A stretch of DNA of 64,000 bases from Acidobacteriota bacterium (GCA_963666055.2 CAXWPH010000003.1:64001-128000); one strand, 5' to 3'. Positions 1 through 10,322 are shown, counted from the first letter of the stretch. Notes: generated by a model from the sequence alone, not told the origin. Numbers and translations are program-made.

Positions 1-34
1 CTGAGGGGCTCCGCCACACTCCCACCACGGCCTG

Positions 35-1177
35 CTAGCCGAGGCAGCGATCAAGCTCATCGAGAGCGCGCTCGATGTCTTCGGTGGTGTTGTACAGGTG
101 TGGCGAGAAGCGAATAAAATCGTTGCGTCCCGAGACCACCACGCCGCTGGCGTTCAGGCTTGTGGCGATCTTCACTGGGTCGGCACCAGGAATGCGCATG
201 GAGACGATCGAGGTGCGCTCCTTGCTGGCTCGGGGCGAGAGGATCTCCGCGCCGCGCGTCTCCAGCCCGTCGATCAGCTGCGTGGCCAGGCCGAGGTTGT
301 GCGCCGCAATCTGGTCGATGCCGACGTCCATGAGCGTGTCCATGGATCGCGCCAGACCGATGGCGTTGCCGTAGCCCAGCGTTCCGTACTCGAATCGCCG
401 CGCTGTTTCGGGCAGCTCCATGCGCACCGGTGCCAGATCCCAGAGTCGCTGGTGGCTGCGAAAGCCGACCAGCCCAGGGTCGAACCGCGTGTGCAGGTGC
501 GGCGCCAGCACCATCACGGCGGCGCCAAACGGACCGCATAGCCACTTGTAGCCGGCCGTTATCAGCACGTCGATCTCACTCTCCCGAACGTCGATCGGGA
601 TGGCGCCGGCCGACTGGGTTCCGTCGACCACCAACAGCGCGTCGTGGGCGTGGGCACCGTCGGCCAGTTGCTTCAGGTCGAATCGCTGGCCGCTACCGAA
701 CTCGACGTGTGAGATGCAGACGACGGCGGTGCGCTCGTCGATCTGATCCAGCAGCTGATCGGGATCTACTCGCATGTCGCGGCTCGGTGCCAGCCGGATC
801 TCACATCCGGTGCGGCGAGCGACGCGTACCCACGGATAGAGCGTGCTCGGGAATCCGACGTCGGTGCCCACGACGTTGGTGTTGGCGGCCGGTGCCATCG
901 CCCAGGCGAGGGAGCCCAGGAGCTCGCTGAAGCTGGCCGCCACGGCGATGTCGTCGGTGGTGGCGCCGAACAGCCGCGCGGCGGACTCGTGCAAGCCGTC
1001 GAAGACGGTTTCCTCGGGATTTTCGCCGAAGTTGACCGTGCCGTTGCGGGCTACATCCCGCTGCCACTCGATGATCGCCTCTTCGGCTGCGCGCGGCATC
1101 AACGCCACCGAGGCGGCGTTCAGGTAGGTGCGACCGTCGACGCGGCGAAACTGGTCAGTGCCTGACAGATCGTTCAT
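35..1177 (-). CDS. Aminotransferase class V (fold-type I PLP) enzyme lacking the desulfurase catalytic Cys
   Basis: YLNAAS, SHVEFGSG, VDGTQSAG, GYKWLCGP (PLP Lys), RFEYGT, IRFSPHLYNT motifs; no RxGHHC/SGSAC Cys loop. Confidence 0.85.
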   Translation of the reverse strand: MNDLSGTDQFRRVDGRTYLNAASVALMPRAAEEAIIEWQRDVARNGTVNFGENPEETVFDGLHESAARLFGATTDDIAVAASFSELLGSLAWAMAPAANTNVVGTDVGFPSTLYPWVRVARRTGCEIRLAPSRDMRVDPDQLLDQIDERTAVVCISHVEFGSGQRFDLKQLADGAHAHDALLVVDGTQSAGAIPIDVRESEIDVLITAGYKWLCGPFGAAVMVLAPHLHTRFDPGLVGFRSHQRLWDLAPVRMELPETARRFEYGTLGYGNAIGLARSMDTLMDVGIDQIAAHNLGLATQLIDGLETRGAEILSPRASKERTSIVSMRIPGADPVKIATSLNASGVVVSGRNDFIRFSPHLYNTTEDIERALDELDRCLG

Positions 1178-1356
1178 CAGCTCGGAGGAGGTTCATGGCG
1201 AGGAATAAGGCTGAGGCGGTGGGGAGGACGATGCGGCGTTGTCTCATGGCGCTGTGTTCATCAGCTGACCCGGTGCAACGCGCTCGCTTGAAGGCTAGTC
1301 TGTCGCTTGTCGAGTGGCCAACGTGCGGAGCGTATCCAAATGCCTCAGGAGTTGTG

Positions 1357-4300
1357 ATGACATCGACGTCTTCGTCCAGCCGATGCTACTACCCCGCAGT
1401 TGTCATGCCTGCCGCCTTGCTTGCGGCGGCGCTCATCGTCGTGGCACCGCCCACTGCCGCGGCGCAGATGGATGCGCCTGCGGCCTTGCAGCCGCTGCAT
1501 TTCCGCCACATCGGTCCTGTCGGCAACCGTATCGCCGCGGTTGCGGGTGTCGAGGGCGACGCGCACGTCTACTATGTCGGCGCAGCATCGGGCGGCATAT
1601 GGAAGACCGAGGACGGCGGTCTCAGCTGGCGACCGGTGTTCGACGACCACCCGGTGCACGCGATCGGATCGTTGGCGGTCGCCGCGAGCGACCCGCAGAT
1701 CGTTTGGGCAGGTACCGGCGAGCCGCACATTCGATCCAACGTGTCGATCGGTAACGGCGTGTGGAAGTCGACCGACGGCGGCGACAGCTGGGAGCACATG
1801 GGGTTGGAGGCAACGGGTCGGATCTCCGACGTGCTGATCCATCCGCGTGATCCGGACGTAGTCTACGTGGCGGCGCTGGGGCACGGGCACAGCCCGCAAC
1901 CGGAGCGCGGCATCTTCCGCACCACCGACGGCGGCACCACCTGGGAGCACGTGTTGTTCGTCGACGAGAACACCGGTGCGTCGGATCTGGAGATGGATCC
2001 CAACAATCCGCGCATTCTGTTCGCCGGCATGTGGCAGGTATCGATCAATACCTGGGGCCGCGAGAGCGGCGGCCCCGGCAGCGGCATCTTCGTGAGCCGC
2101 GACGCCGGTGATACCTGGACCAAGCTGGAGGGACACGGGCTGCCGACCCGGCCGGTGGGCAAGGTCGACATCTGCATGACAGCCGCTGATAGCCGTCGTG
2201 TCTACGCCCTAATCGAAACCGGCGACGGGGTTCCGTGGCACGGCGAGGAGACCGACAGCGGCGAGCTCTGGCGCTCCGAGGACGGTGGACGTGACTGGGA
2301 GCTGGTCAACCACAGCCGTGACCTGGCAGGACGCAGCGCCTACTACACCGTTTGCCATGTCTCGCCGCAGGATGCCGACGAGACCTATTTCCTGGCGGCG
2401 CCGTTCCTTTACTCGCTCGACGGCGGTCGCAGCTACGTTGCGGCCGGATCCGATGACGCAGCAATGGCGCGTCCAGGCGGCGACAACCACGACATGTGGA
2501 TCGATCCCGGCAACGCCGACCGCATGATCGTCGGCAACGATCCGGGGGTGGCGATCTCCACCAACCGCGGTCGTAGCTGGATGCGTATCCAGCTGCCGAT
2601 CGCCCAGATGTACCACGTGACAGTCGACAACAACGTGCCCTACTACGTGTACGGCAACCGCCAGGACGGGCCGTCGTACCGCGGCCCGAGCAACAGTCGC
2701 ACCGGCGGGTTCGGAGGCGGCTCCATCCCGCGGGGCATGTGGCACAGCGTCGGTGGCGGCGAGAGCGGGTTTGCCACCCCCGATCCGGAGGACCCCGACC
2801 TCATCTGGTCGAGCGCTTCCGGGGCCGGGGCCCGGGGCGGCATCGTGGTGCGCTACCGCGATAGCACCCGCCAGTTCCGGCAGGTGGAAGTGTGGCCCGA
2901 GAGCACTGGTGGGTGGCCGGCCGAGGGAGTGAGGTATCGCTTCCAGTGGACGTTCCCGTTGCTGATATCGCCGCACGACAGCGACACCGTGTACGTGACC
3001 AGCCAGCACGTTCACCGCACCACCAACGCTGGCCAGAGCTGGGATGTGATCAGCCCGGACCTCAGCACCAACGACAAGTCCAAGCAGGGGATCTCCGGCG
3101 GGCTCACACCCGACAACATCGGGGTGGAGTACTGCTGTGTAATCTACGCGTTCGACGAGTCGCCGGCGCAGCAGGGCGTGCTCTGGGCCGGCACCAACGA
3201 CGGGCTGGTGCAGGTCAGCCGCGACGGCGGCGCATCGTGGGACAACGTCACCGCCAACATCCCCGGTCTGCCGCTGGAGGGTGTGGTACGGGCGGTCGAG
3301 GCGTCGAAGTGGGACGCCGGCAAGGCCTACGTGGCGATCGAGCATCACCAGGTAGGCGATTTCGCTCCCTACGTGTATCGAACCGATGACTTCGGTGGCA
3401 GCTGGGACAAGATCACCGACGGGCTCGCGCCGGGCGTTCTGAGTTACGCGCGCCACATCGAAGAGGACCCGGTGCGGCCGGGCCTGCTGTACCTCGGCAC
3501 CGAGAACGCCCTGTACGTCAGCTTCGACGACGGCGACAGCTGGCAGTCGATGATGACCGACCTGCCGGCCTCGCCGATGTACGGCATCGTCGTCCAGGAG
3601 CACTTCAACGACCTGGTGATCGGCACATACGGACGCGGATTCTGGATCATGGACGACCTGTCGGCCTTGCAGCAGCTCACCCCGGCGATGGTCGCTGCCG
3701 TACAGGCTGGAGTCGCGGGCGGGCCCGCGGCGCACCTGTTCGAGCCGCGGCGGGCGTACCGTTTCCACAACATCACCTCGCCGGCCAGCAGCGCTGGCGA
3801 TCCCAGTGCTGGTGAGAATCCGCCGCGCGGGGCGTCGATCAACTACTGGCTCGGAGAGGAGCCGGAAGGACCGGTGACGGTTCGCATCAGCAATGCCGCA
3901 GGAGAGACCGTGCGCCAGCTGAGCGGCACCAAGACGGCGGGCATCAACCGTATTTGGTGGGATCTTCGTGGCGAGTCGGCCACACCGTTGCGCCTGCGCA
4001 CCAGACCCATTACCGCCGAGTGGTTTGATCTGGGCGCGGATCGCGTGCGTGAGGTGAACAGCCGCCCCGGCATGCTGAAGCCACCCGGAACCTACACCGT
4101 AACGCTCGAAGCCGCGGGGCAGACGTCCGAGCACACGCTCGAGGTGCTGAAGGATCCGAATTCCGAGGGCACCAACGCCGACGTCGCGTTGCAGACCGAG
4201 ATGCTGGTGCAGCTGCGCGGTGATCTCGAGACTACCGTGGCGATGATCAACCGCATCGAATGGATCCGCCGCCAGCTCTACGATCTGCAGGCGGTGATGG

Positions 4301-4644
4301 CCGACACACCGGATTCCGAGCGTCTGATCGAGGCGGCCGGCGAGCTCGACGGTACGCTGTTGACGGTAGAGGAGGATCTCTACCAGACGCGGCTCAGTTA
4401 CACCGGGCAGGATCGGGTGCGCTGGCCAACGCGCCTGTTCGGTCACCTGCAGTATCTGGAGGGTGCGGTTGCTACCGTCGATTTCCCGCCGACCGACCAA
4501 GCCCGTGAGGTGCAACAGGTGCTCGAGCAGCGCATGAATGAACTGTCCGAAGAGCTCGCCGGAGTCGTCGACGAGGACGTCGAGGCGTTCAACCGTCTGT
4601 TGCGCGAGCTCGGCCTCGGCCCGCTGGTCACCGGGGTTGAGTAG
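1357..4644 (+). CDS. Secreted Vps10/sortilin-like BNR (Asp-box) repeat protein, glycosyl-hydrolase-like
   Basis: Signal peptide; FRHIGP, GGIWKTEDGG, STDGGDSW and other Asp-boxes; C-terminal coiled coil; start set at the ATG after AGGAG (1347-1351). Confidence 0.85.
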   Translation: MTSTSSSSRCYYPAVVMPAALLAAALIVVAPPTAAAQMDAPAALQPLHFRHIGPVGNRIAAVAGVEGDAHVYYVGAASGGIWKTEDGGLSWRPVFDDHPVHAIGSLAVAASDPQIVWAGTGEPHIRSNVSIGNGVWKSTDGGDSWEHMGLEATGRISDVLIHPRDPDVVYVAALGHGHSPQPERGIFRTTDGGTTWEHVLFVDENTGASDLEMDPNNPRILFAGMWQVSINTWGRESGGPGSGIFVSRDAGDTWTKLEGHGLPTRPVGKVDICMTAADSRRVYALIETGDGVPWHGEETDSGELWRSEDGGRDWELVNHSRDLAGRSAYYTVCHVSPQDADETYFLAAPFLYSLDGGRSYVAAGSDDAAMARPGGDNHDMWIDPGNADRMIVGNDPGVAISTNRGRSWMRIQLPIAQMYHVTVDNNVPYYVYGNRQDGPSYRGPSNSRTGGFGGGSIPRGMWHSVGGGESGFATPDPEDPDLIWSSASGAGARGGIVVRYRDSTRQFRQVEVWPESTGGWPAEGVRYRFQWTFPLLISPHDSDTVYVTSQHVHRTTNAGQSWDVISPDLSTNDKSKQGISGGLTPDNIGVEYCCVIYAFDESPAQQGVLWAGTNDGLVQVSRDGGASWDNVTANIPGLPLEGVVRAVEASKWDAGKAYVAIEHHQVGDFAPYVYRTDDFGGSWDKITDGLAPGVLSYARHIEEDPVRPGLLYLGTENALYVSFDDGDSWQSMMTDLPASPMYGIVVQEHFNDLVIGTYGRGFWIMDDLSALQQLTPAMVAAVQAGVAGGPAAHLFEPRRAYRFHNITSPASSAGDPSAGENPPRGASINYWLGEEPEGPVTVRISNAAGETVRQLSGTKTAGINRIWWDLRGESATPLRLRTRPITAEWFDLGADRVREVNSRPGMLKPPGTYTVTLEAAGQTSEHTLEVLKDPNSEGTNADVALQTEMLVQLRGDLETTVAMINRIEWIRRQLYDLQAVMADTPDSERLIEAAGELDGTLLTVEEDLYQTRLSYTGQDRVRWPTRLFGHLQYLEGAVATVDFPPTDQAREVQQVLEQRMNELSEELAGVVDEDVEAFNRLLRELGLGPLVTGVE

Positions 4645-6103
4645 ACCCATCACGGCGGCGCTTGCGCTGGGGCTGGTGCTGTCGATTGCGCCGACGGCGA
4701 GCGGCGGCCAGCGAGCTTCGTCACTTTCCTCGGGCGAGAGCGAGCGAGCGGCGTGGTCGCGGTTCCGTGGCCCCAACGGCTCCGGCGTTGCCGAGACCTC
4801 GGCCCTGCCCATGCGCTTCGACGGTGACAGGCAACTCGTGTGGAAGACGACCTTGCCGCCGGGGCACTCGTCGCCGGTGCTGTCAACGGATCGCATCTTC
4901 GTGACCGCGTTCGAGCACGAGCAACTTTCGACGCTCGCCGTCGATCGAGCCACCGGCGGAATACTGTGGCGACGCCAGGCACCGAGAGCGCGAACCGAGA
5001 AGCTCGATGCACGTAACAACCCGGCGGCCCCCAGCCCGGCGACTGACGGCGAGCGCGTGGTGGTGTTCTTCGCGGAGTACGGCTTGCTGGCCTACGACGT
5101 TGACGGCAACGAGCTCTGGAGGCTGCCGCTCGGCCCCTTTGACAACCTCTACGGCATGGGCGCGTCGCCGATCATTCACCAGGGCAAGGTCTTGCTGGTC
5201 TGCGATCAGCGAACCGGCTCGTACCTGCTGTCGGTTGACGCGGCGACCGGTCGCGAGCTTTGGCGCGTCGATCGACCCGAGGCCGCCAGCTCCCATGCCA
5301 CTCCGATAATCTGGACGTCGCCCGAGGGTGAGGCGCAGCTCGTGGTTGTCGGGTCGTTCCTGCTCAGTGGTTACTCGGTGCAGACCGGAGAGCGACGCTG
5401 GTGGGTGCGCGGCATGATCCACGAGATGAAGTCGGTACCGGTCGTCGGCGACGGCGTGGTCTACGTCAACGGCTACGGCTCACCGCTCAACGACCCCGGC
5501 AACACCATGGACGTCGGGTCGTTCGACGAGGCGCTGGCACTCAGCGACGCCAACGCCGACGGGTTGTTGACCCCGGAGGAGTTGCCAGAGGGGCGGGCGA
5601 AGCGGCGTTTCAGGGTCAGTGACCTCGATGGCGGCGGCACGCTGGATCAACGCGACTGGGACTACTTCCGCAACTCGATGGCGATGACCAACGGCATGTT
5701 CGCCATACGCCTCGGTGGCAGCGGCGACATGACCGCGGAGAGCTTTCTGTGGATCTACAGTCGGGCGGTGCCGCAGCTACCATCGCCGCTGCTGTACGAG
5801 GGGCTGCTCTACATGATCAACGACGGCGGCATCGTGACGATCCTCGATCCTGCCAGCGGCGAGCGACTCGACCAGGGGCGCATTCCGGGCGCGGTCGACA
5901 AGTTCTACGCCTCGCCGGTGGCCGGAGACGGCAAGATCTACATGCTCAGCGAGCTCGGTAAGGTGGCGGTGCTGAAGCCGGGCCCCGAGCTCGATGTGTT
6001 GGCGGTCAACGACCTCGACGACCTGGCGTACGGCACGCCGGCGATCGCGGACGGACGCATCTATGTGCGCACTCGTGAGACCCTCTACGCGTTCGGGTCC
6101 TAG
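4637..6103 (+). CDS. PQQ-binding-like (BamB-type) beta-propeller protein with an inserted EF-hand pair
   Basis: WSRFRGPNGSG, GHSSPV, G.ELWR repeats, FYASPVAGDGKIY; EF-loops DANADGLLTPEE and DLDGGGTLDQRD; TTG start overlapping the upstream stop. Confidence 0.85.
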   Translation: MSRPITAALALGLVLSIAPTASGGQRASSLSSGESERAAWSRFRGPNGSGVAETSALPMRFDGDRQLVWKTTLPPGHSSPVLSTDRIFVTAFEHEQLSTLAVDRATGGILWRRQAPRARTEKLDARNNPAAPSPATDGERVVVFFAEYGLLAYDVDGNELWRLPLGPFDNLYGMGASPIIHQGKVLLVCDQRTGSYLLSVDAATGRELWRVDRPEAASSHATPIIWTSPEGEAQLVVVGSFLLSGYSVQTGERRWWVRGMIHEMKSVPVVGDGVVYVNGYGSPLNDPGNTMDVGSFDEALALSDANADGLLTPEELPEGRAKRRFRVSDLDGGGTLDQRDWDYFRNSMAMTNGMFAIRLGGSGDMTAESFLWIYSRAVPQLPSPLLYEGLLYMINDGGIVTILDPASGERLDQGRIPGAVDKFYASPVAGDGKIYMLSELGKVAVLKPGPELDVLAVNDLDDLAYGTPAIADGRIYVRTRETLYAFGS

Positions 6104-6163
6104 CAGTCGGTGGAGGAAGTGTGGCGGATCTGCTAACGGCGACCGCCCGGCAAACGGAGTTAC

Positions 6164-7288
6164 GTGATGAAGGTGGAGATTTTCGAGCTCGAGAGGGTTC
6201 AGTCGCTCTGGGAGAACCTCGTCGAGATCAATCTCACCGAGAGTGGCGTGCACCCGTATACCCTCGAGGAGCTGCTCACCGCGGATGAGATTGCCGAGGT
6301 CACGCGGGTTCGTCTGGGCTACGGCCAGACCAACGGCTCGATCCCGCTGCGCGAGCGCATCAGTGGCCTTTACATCGACGCCGACGCCGACAACGTGTTG
6401 GTGACCACGGGCTCGGCGGAGGCCAACTTCGTGGCCGCCTGGAACCTGCTCGAGACCGGCGACGAGCTCGCGCTGATGGTGCCCAACTACCTGCAGATTC
6501 GCGGCATAGGGCGTGCGTTCGGCGTCGACGTGAACCCGTTCCACCTGCGCGAGGAGCTCGCCTGGGGGCCCGATCTCGATGAGCTGCGAGCGGTGATCTC
6601 GCCACGCACCAAGATGATCGCGCTGTGCAATCCGAACAACCCCACCGGCGCGGTGCTCAGCGCCGACGACATGCAGGTGATCGTCGACCTTGCCGCCGAC
6701 GTCAACGCCTGGGTTTACGTCGACGAGGTCTATCGTGGCGCCGAGCTCGCGGACAGCGATACGCCGACGTTCTGGGGAACCTACGACAAGGTCGTGGTCA
6801 ACGGTGGGCTTTCGAAGGCCTACGCGCTTCCCGGCCTGCGTATCGGCTGGCTAGTGGGACCGCATCAGATGATCGCCGATTCCTGGGCGCGGCACGACTA
6901 CACCACCATCGCCGCTGCCGTGATGAGCGATCAGATCGCCCAGATGGCGCTGACCTCGCCGCGTCGCGAGCAGATCTTCGAGCGCAACCGGAGCTTGCTG
7001 CGCCACAACCTGGTGATTGTCCAGGACTGGGTCGCCGCACACCGGGGCCGGCTCCACTTCATCCCACCGCGGTCGGGCGGCATGGCGTTCGTGCGCTACG
7101 ACTTCGACATCAACTCGACTGAGCTGACAACCCGCCTGCGCGACGAGGAGGGGCTGCTGGTGGTCGCCGGCGACTGTTTCGGTATGGATCAGTACCTGCG
7201 AATCGGTATCGGCGGTGAGTCCGAGCAGCTGATTATCGGGCTCGGTCGCATCGACGACATGATTGCCCGGCTAGCGCCCGCCGGCTAG
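6164..7288 (+). CDS. Aminotransferase class I/II
   Basis: CNPNNPTG, VDEVYRG, GLSKAYALPGLRIGW motifs. Confidence 0.9.
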   Translation: MMKVEIFELERVQSLWENLVEINLTESGVHPYTLEELLTADEIAEVTRVRLGYGQTNGSIPLRERISGLYIDADADNVLVTTGSAEANFVAAWNLLETGDELALMVPNYLQIRGIGRAFGVDVNPFHLREELAWGPDLDELRAVISPRTKMIALCNPNNPTGAVLSADDMQVIVDLAADVNAWVYVDEVYRGAELADSDTPTFWGTYDKVVVNGGLSKAYALPGLRIGWLVGPHQMIADSWARHDYTTIAAAVMSDQIAQMALTSPRREQIFERNRSLLRHNLVIVQDWVAAHRGRLHFIPPRSGGMAFVRYDFDINSTELTTRLRDEEGLLVVAGDCFGMDQYLRIGIGGESEQLIIGLGRIDDMIARLAPAG

Positions 7289-7311
7289 AACCGGCTACGG
7301 CGTCGTGCGTC

Positions 7312-7827
7312 TTATCGGTCGGGACGTGCCTTCGTCTGACGACGCGCCGCCGCCCTGCTGCGAGCCTCGAGCAGCAGCGGGTCGGAGGTGCTGTCGTAGA
7401 TGTTGCCGACGTAGTGCAGGCCCTTGCTGTTCCCACCGCTCCGGCGCCGGGCGCCGCGGAAGTTGTCCTCGGGCACCGACTCCTGGATCATCAGCGAGCC
7501 CTTGGCAGACGTCGCACCGTCGAGGGAGAAGATGGTCATCAGGTAGGAGTCGGCGCCGAGACCGTGCTCGCACAGCTCGAAGGCGGTGTCGAACGACTGT
7601 CCGGCGCAGACCGTGAAGATCTCACCGTCGGTAATACCTTCGATCAGGATGTCGAAGTCGGCATGCCTGGTCCAGGCGACCTGCCAGCGCATGAAGCCGA
7701 ACCCGATGGGCTGATAGGAGAACACGTCGCCGTCGCGGATCTGCCTGCGGATCCCACTTTGGGCCCCGGCCGAGGCCGCGCTGACAACAACACCCAGCAC
7801 CGAGATCGCCAGTAGTAGCTTTCGCAT
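7312..7827 (-). CDS. Secreted hypothetical protein
   Basis: Signal peptide MRKLLLAISVLGVVVSAASAGA; GGAGA RBS upstream; beta-rich mature domain with a Cys pair. Confidence 0.7.
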   Translation of the reverse strand: MRKLLLAISVLGVVVSAASAGAQSGIRRQIRDGDVFSYQPIGFGFMRWQVAWTRHADFDILIEGITDGEIFTVCAGQSFDTAFELCEHGLGADSYLMTIFSLDGATSAKGSLMIQESVPEDNFRGARRRSGGNSKGLHYVGNIYDSTSDPLLLEARSRAAARRQTKARPDR

Positions 7828-7987
7828 CGGGGGCTTCTCCGTTTCAACGGAGGCGCGAAAGCGGCGTGTCGATGCCGTGCACGACTCCGGGGAGCGATGA
7901 GTCGGCGGGTCGACAGGGGACTCCTCTCATCGTAGCGCGCCGAGGGTGGTGGTTGCACGGACGCCGCCGGTCTGCGAGCTTCCGACC

Positions 7988-9170
7988 ATGACTACGCCCT
8001 GGTGGACACGTGACGGACTCGAAGTTCGCGATGGTCGCATGTCGATCGCGGGTCAAGATGTGGAGGCGCTGGCACGTGCCCACGGCACGCCACTGTACGT
8101 GTACGACATCTCCCGCATGGAGGCCAACCTGCGCCGGCTGCAGCGTGCGCTCGACGACGCCGGCGTGCGTCATCATCTACTCTACGCGCTCAAGTGCAAT
8201 CGTCATCCGGACATCGTTGCCAGAATGCACGGCACCGGCGTGGGCGTCGATGTCTGCTCGCCGAACGAGATGGACATGGCGTTGGCGGCCGGCTGGACGG
8301 CGGGAGAGATCTCGTACACCGGCACGAACCTCAGCTCGTGCGACCTGGAACGCATTCTTGCCCATCCGTTGGTCTTGAACCTCGACTCGCTGAGCGCCAT
8401 CCGGCACGTAGGCGCGCGGGCCGCCGGCAGGACGATCGGCCTGCGGCTCAACCCGGGAGTGGGAGCCTACTCGACGCGCACGACCGCAGCGGGCAGCTGG
8501 CCATCCAAATTCGGCATCTACCCCGGAGCAGGTGGACGAGGCGCTGGCGATTGCTGCCAACCACCAGATGAAGGTGGGAGGGCTGCATTTTCACATCGGC
8601 TCGGGTTGGCTCCAGGACATGCTCGGCGATTTCCGACAGGCGGTTCAGGTGGTCAGTGACGTCGCTGCTCGGCTCACGGACCTCGAGTACATCAACGTCG
8701 GCGGCGGTATCGGCGTTCCGCTGCTGGCGTCCTCAGTTCGCGTCGATCTCGATGTGTACGCAGCCCTGATCGCGGCGAGCTTTGGGCCACTCGGCGTGAC
8801 CGTGATGTGCGAACCAGGCGACTTCCTGGCGCGCGATGCGGGCGTGTTCCTGGTAGAGGTGGTGGGGGTGGACGAGCGCCGGGGCACGAAGTTCGTCGGT
8901 GTCGACGGGGGATACAACGCCTGTGGCATTCCCTATCTGTATCGCGAGCCCCAGGAGATCGTGGTTTGCCGAGCCGCCGATGTTGCCGCAACCGAGACCT
9001 ACACGGTCGCCGGCCACATCAACGAGGCGCGTGACGTGTTCGCTGACGATTTGCGACTGCCGGAAGTTCACCAGGGTGACATCCTGGCGCTGCTGAACGT
9101 CGGCGGCTACGGGGCCGAGCTCGCCACTACCCATTGTGGCCGCCCGCACGCCGAGCGGCTCGTACTCTGA
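7988..9170 (+). CDS. Diaminopimelate-decarboxylase-like fold-type III PLP enzyme, split by a +1 frameshift near 8521
   Basis: GTPLYVYD, YALKCN, SKFGI, then in the next frame HFHIGSG, NVGGG, EPG, GGYG; extra C in the CCCC run. Confidence 0.85.
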
Positions 9171-9172
9171 CC

Positions 9173-9196
9173 GCAGCGAGTCATTGTGCTCGCTGC
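9173..9196. terminator. Hairpin directly after the decarboxylase stop codon
   Basis: GCAGCGAG-N8-CTCGCTGC; no U tract. Confidence 0.3.
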
Positions 9197-9336
9197 AGCG
9201 CCGGCCTGGGCTCGCCAACAGAAGGAAGGAGGCTGCCTTGCCGAGATCGTTCATCACCACGCAGCGAGGCCGGACGAGCGCGCCGTCGCGATGGGTCGGA
9301 TTGGTCTGCACGGCGGCGATGCTGCTGGCCGCGGCG

Positions 9337-9612
9337 TCAGATTGCCTGTTTGCCCGGCATCCCGGTGGTACGTGGGCGGATCCTCTTAGGCGATAGCCTA
9401 GTGGCGCCGGGGTACAGACACCGTGAGCAGCCATCGCGCTTGATGACGCTGCGGACGGTGTCGAGCGTGTACCAGAGCCGACCACAGGCGTCGCAGATCG
9501 ACCAGCGGTAGACGCGGCCCGGGTGCTGCTTCTGCTTGTAAACGATCCGGTCGTCGGCCAGGCGCATTATCGCCGCTGCCCTCGGATCTCTCGTAAGCTG
9601 CCACTTGTCCAC
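9337..9612 (-). CDS. Small Cys-rich (CxxC...CxxC) zinc-finger-like protein, possibly phage-derived
   Basis: GGAG RBS before GTG; YRWSICDACGRLWY...CSRC. Confidence 0.5.
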   Translation of the reverse strand: MDKWQLTRDPRAAAIMRLADDRIVYKQKQHPGRVYRWSICDACGRLWYTLDTVRSVIKRDGCSRCLYPGATRLSPKRIRPRTTGMPGKQAI

Positions 9613-9622
9613 GAGGAGGCTC

Positions 9623-9796
9623 CTATGCGCGGTGTGATCTTCGGCGACCTTCTCGATCCACCCAGATGAACTCGCTGATGCTGAGATCGACCCCGGGCGC
9701 GTACACCAACGTCCCCGTCTCGGCGAAGGCAGCTTGCATGGTGCCGGCGTCGCCGAGAACGTCGTCGTAGATTACCACCGGGACGCCGGTCACCGC
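9623..9796 (-). pseudogene. Internal fragment of a TolB/PD40-type propeller, as found in acidobacterial Ser/Thr kinases
   Basis: Manual translation VTGVPVVIYDDVLGDAGTMQAAFAETGTLVYAPG...FIWVDREGR; no 5' end. Confidence 0.5.
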
Positions 9797-9817
9797 TTAG
9801 TTACATACCACTAGTGG
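9797..9817 (+). mobile_element. IS630-like right-end remnant
   Basis: GTTACATACCACTAGTGG, 16/18 identical to 18731-18748; reads ...VTYH-stop ending in CTAG. Confidence 0.4.
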
Positions 9818-9867
9818 GGCCGCCAGAAGGTTGCCGTCCATCCCGTAGACCAGATGACGGAGGGTCT

Positions 9868-9957
9868 ATGGGCTCGCATCCGATCAACCTAGCTGTTCGA
9901 TTCCTGCTCGAATTGTCGGTGCGCGCCGCGCGCTTCAAGTGCCCACCAGGATCCTGA
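9868..9957 (+). pseudogene. 5' fragment of a YrdB/DUF2568-family membrane protein
   Basis: GGAGG RBS; MGSHPINLAVRFLLEL, after which similarity is lost and a stop follows. Confidence 0.55.
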
Positions 9958-10049
9958 AGGCGGTCAGGCGGGAACGCGTTGACGACGCGCAACGAGCCCA
10001 GCGACGCCCTGCCCGAAAGTCGTCGGTGGGGATGTCGGCGCTTGTCGCC

Positions 10050-10236
10050 CTCTGGGCATTCGTCGTCGAACGCCGTGACGTCCGTGCCCGGTTCACTCTG
10101 GTCGGTATACACCTTGACCGAACCGTACTCTGTATCGGTTACGGTGAGGGTGAACCTTATGTTGGTCAGGCCACCGAAGAAGAACCAAAACTTGCCGTTG
10201 TTCTGGCGGCCGTCAATGGCCTTGGCGACCATTTCT
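10050..10236 (-). pseudogene. Fragment of an acidobacterial (Thermoanaerobaculia-type) extracellular repeat domain
   Basis: EMVAKAIDGRQNNGKFWFFFGGLTNIRFTLTVTDTEYGSVKVY resembles the VKVLDG..NG.FWVF.G.LTNV.YTLTVTDT motif; N-terminal half absent. Confidence 0.5.
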
Positions 10237-10322
10237 TGAGTGATCCGTTCGGAGAATCCGCGCCATTCTCTTTTCCCACGATGCAACGCGAGTTCGGATT
10301 CTGACACCGTCGACCGTGGGTG

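Noticed and set aside
35-1177. Annotation as cysteine desulfurase or selenocysteine lyase linked to the Sec-FDH
   Set aside because: The catalytic Cys loop is absent
2209-5019. 936-aa antisense ORF, and similar long antisense ORFs at 22189-24960 and 36975-38594
   Set aside because: Shadows of well-supported genes on the opposite strand, expected with high-GC codon bias; no motifs
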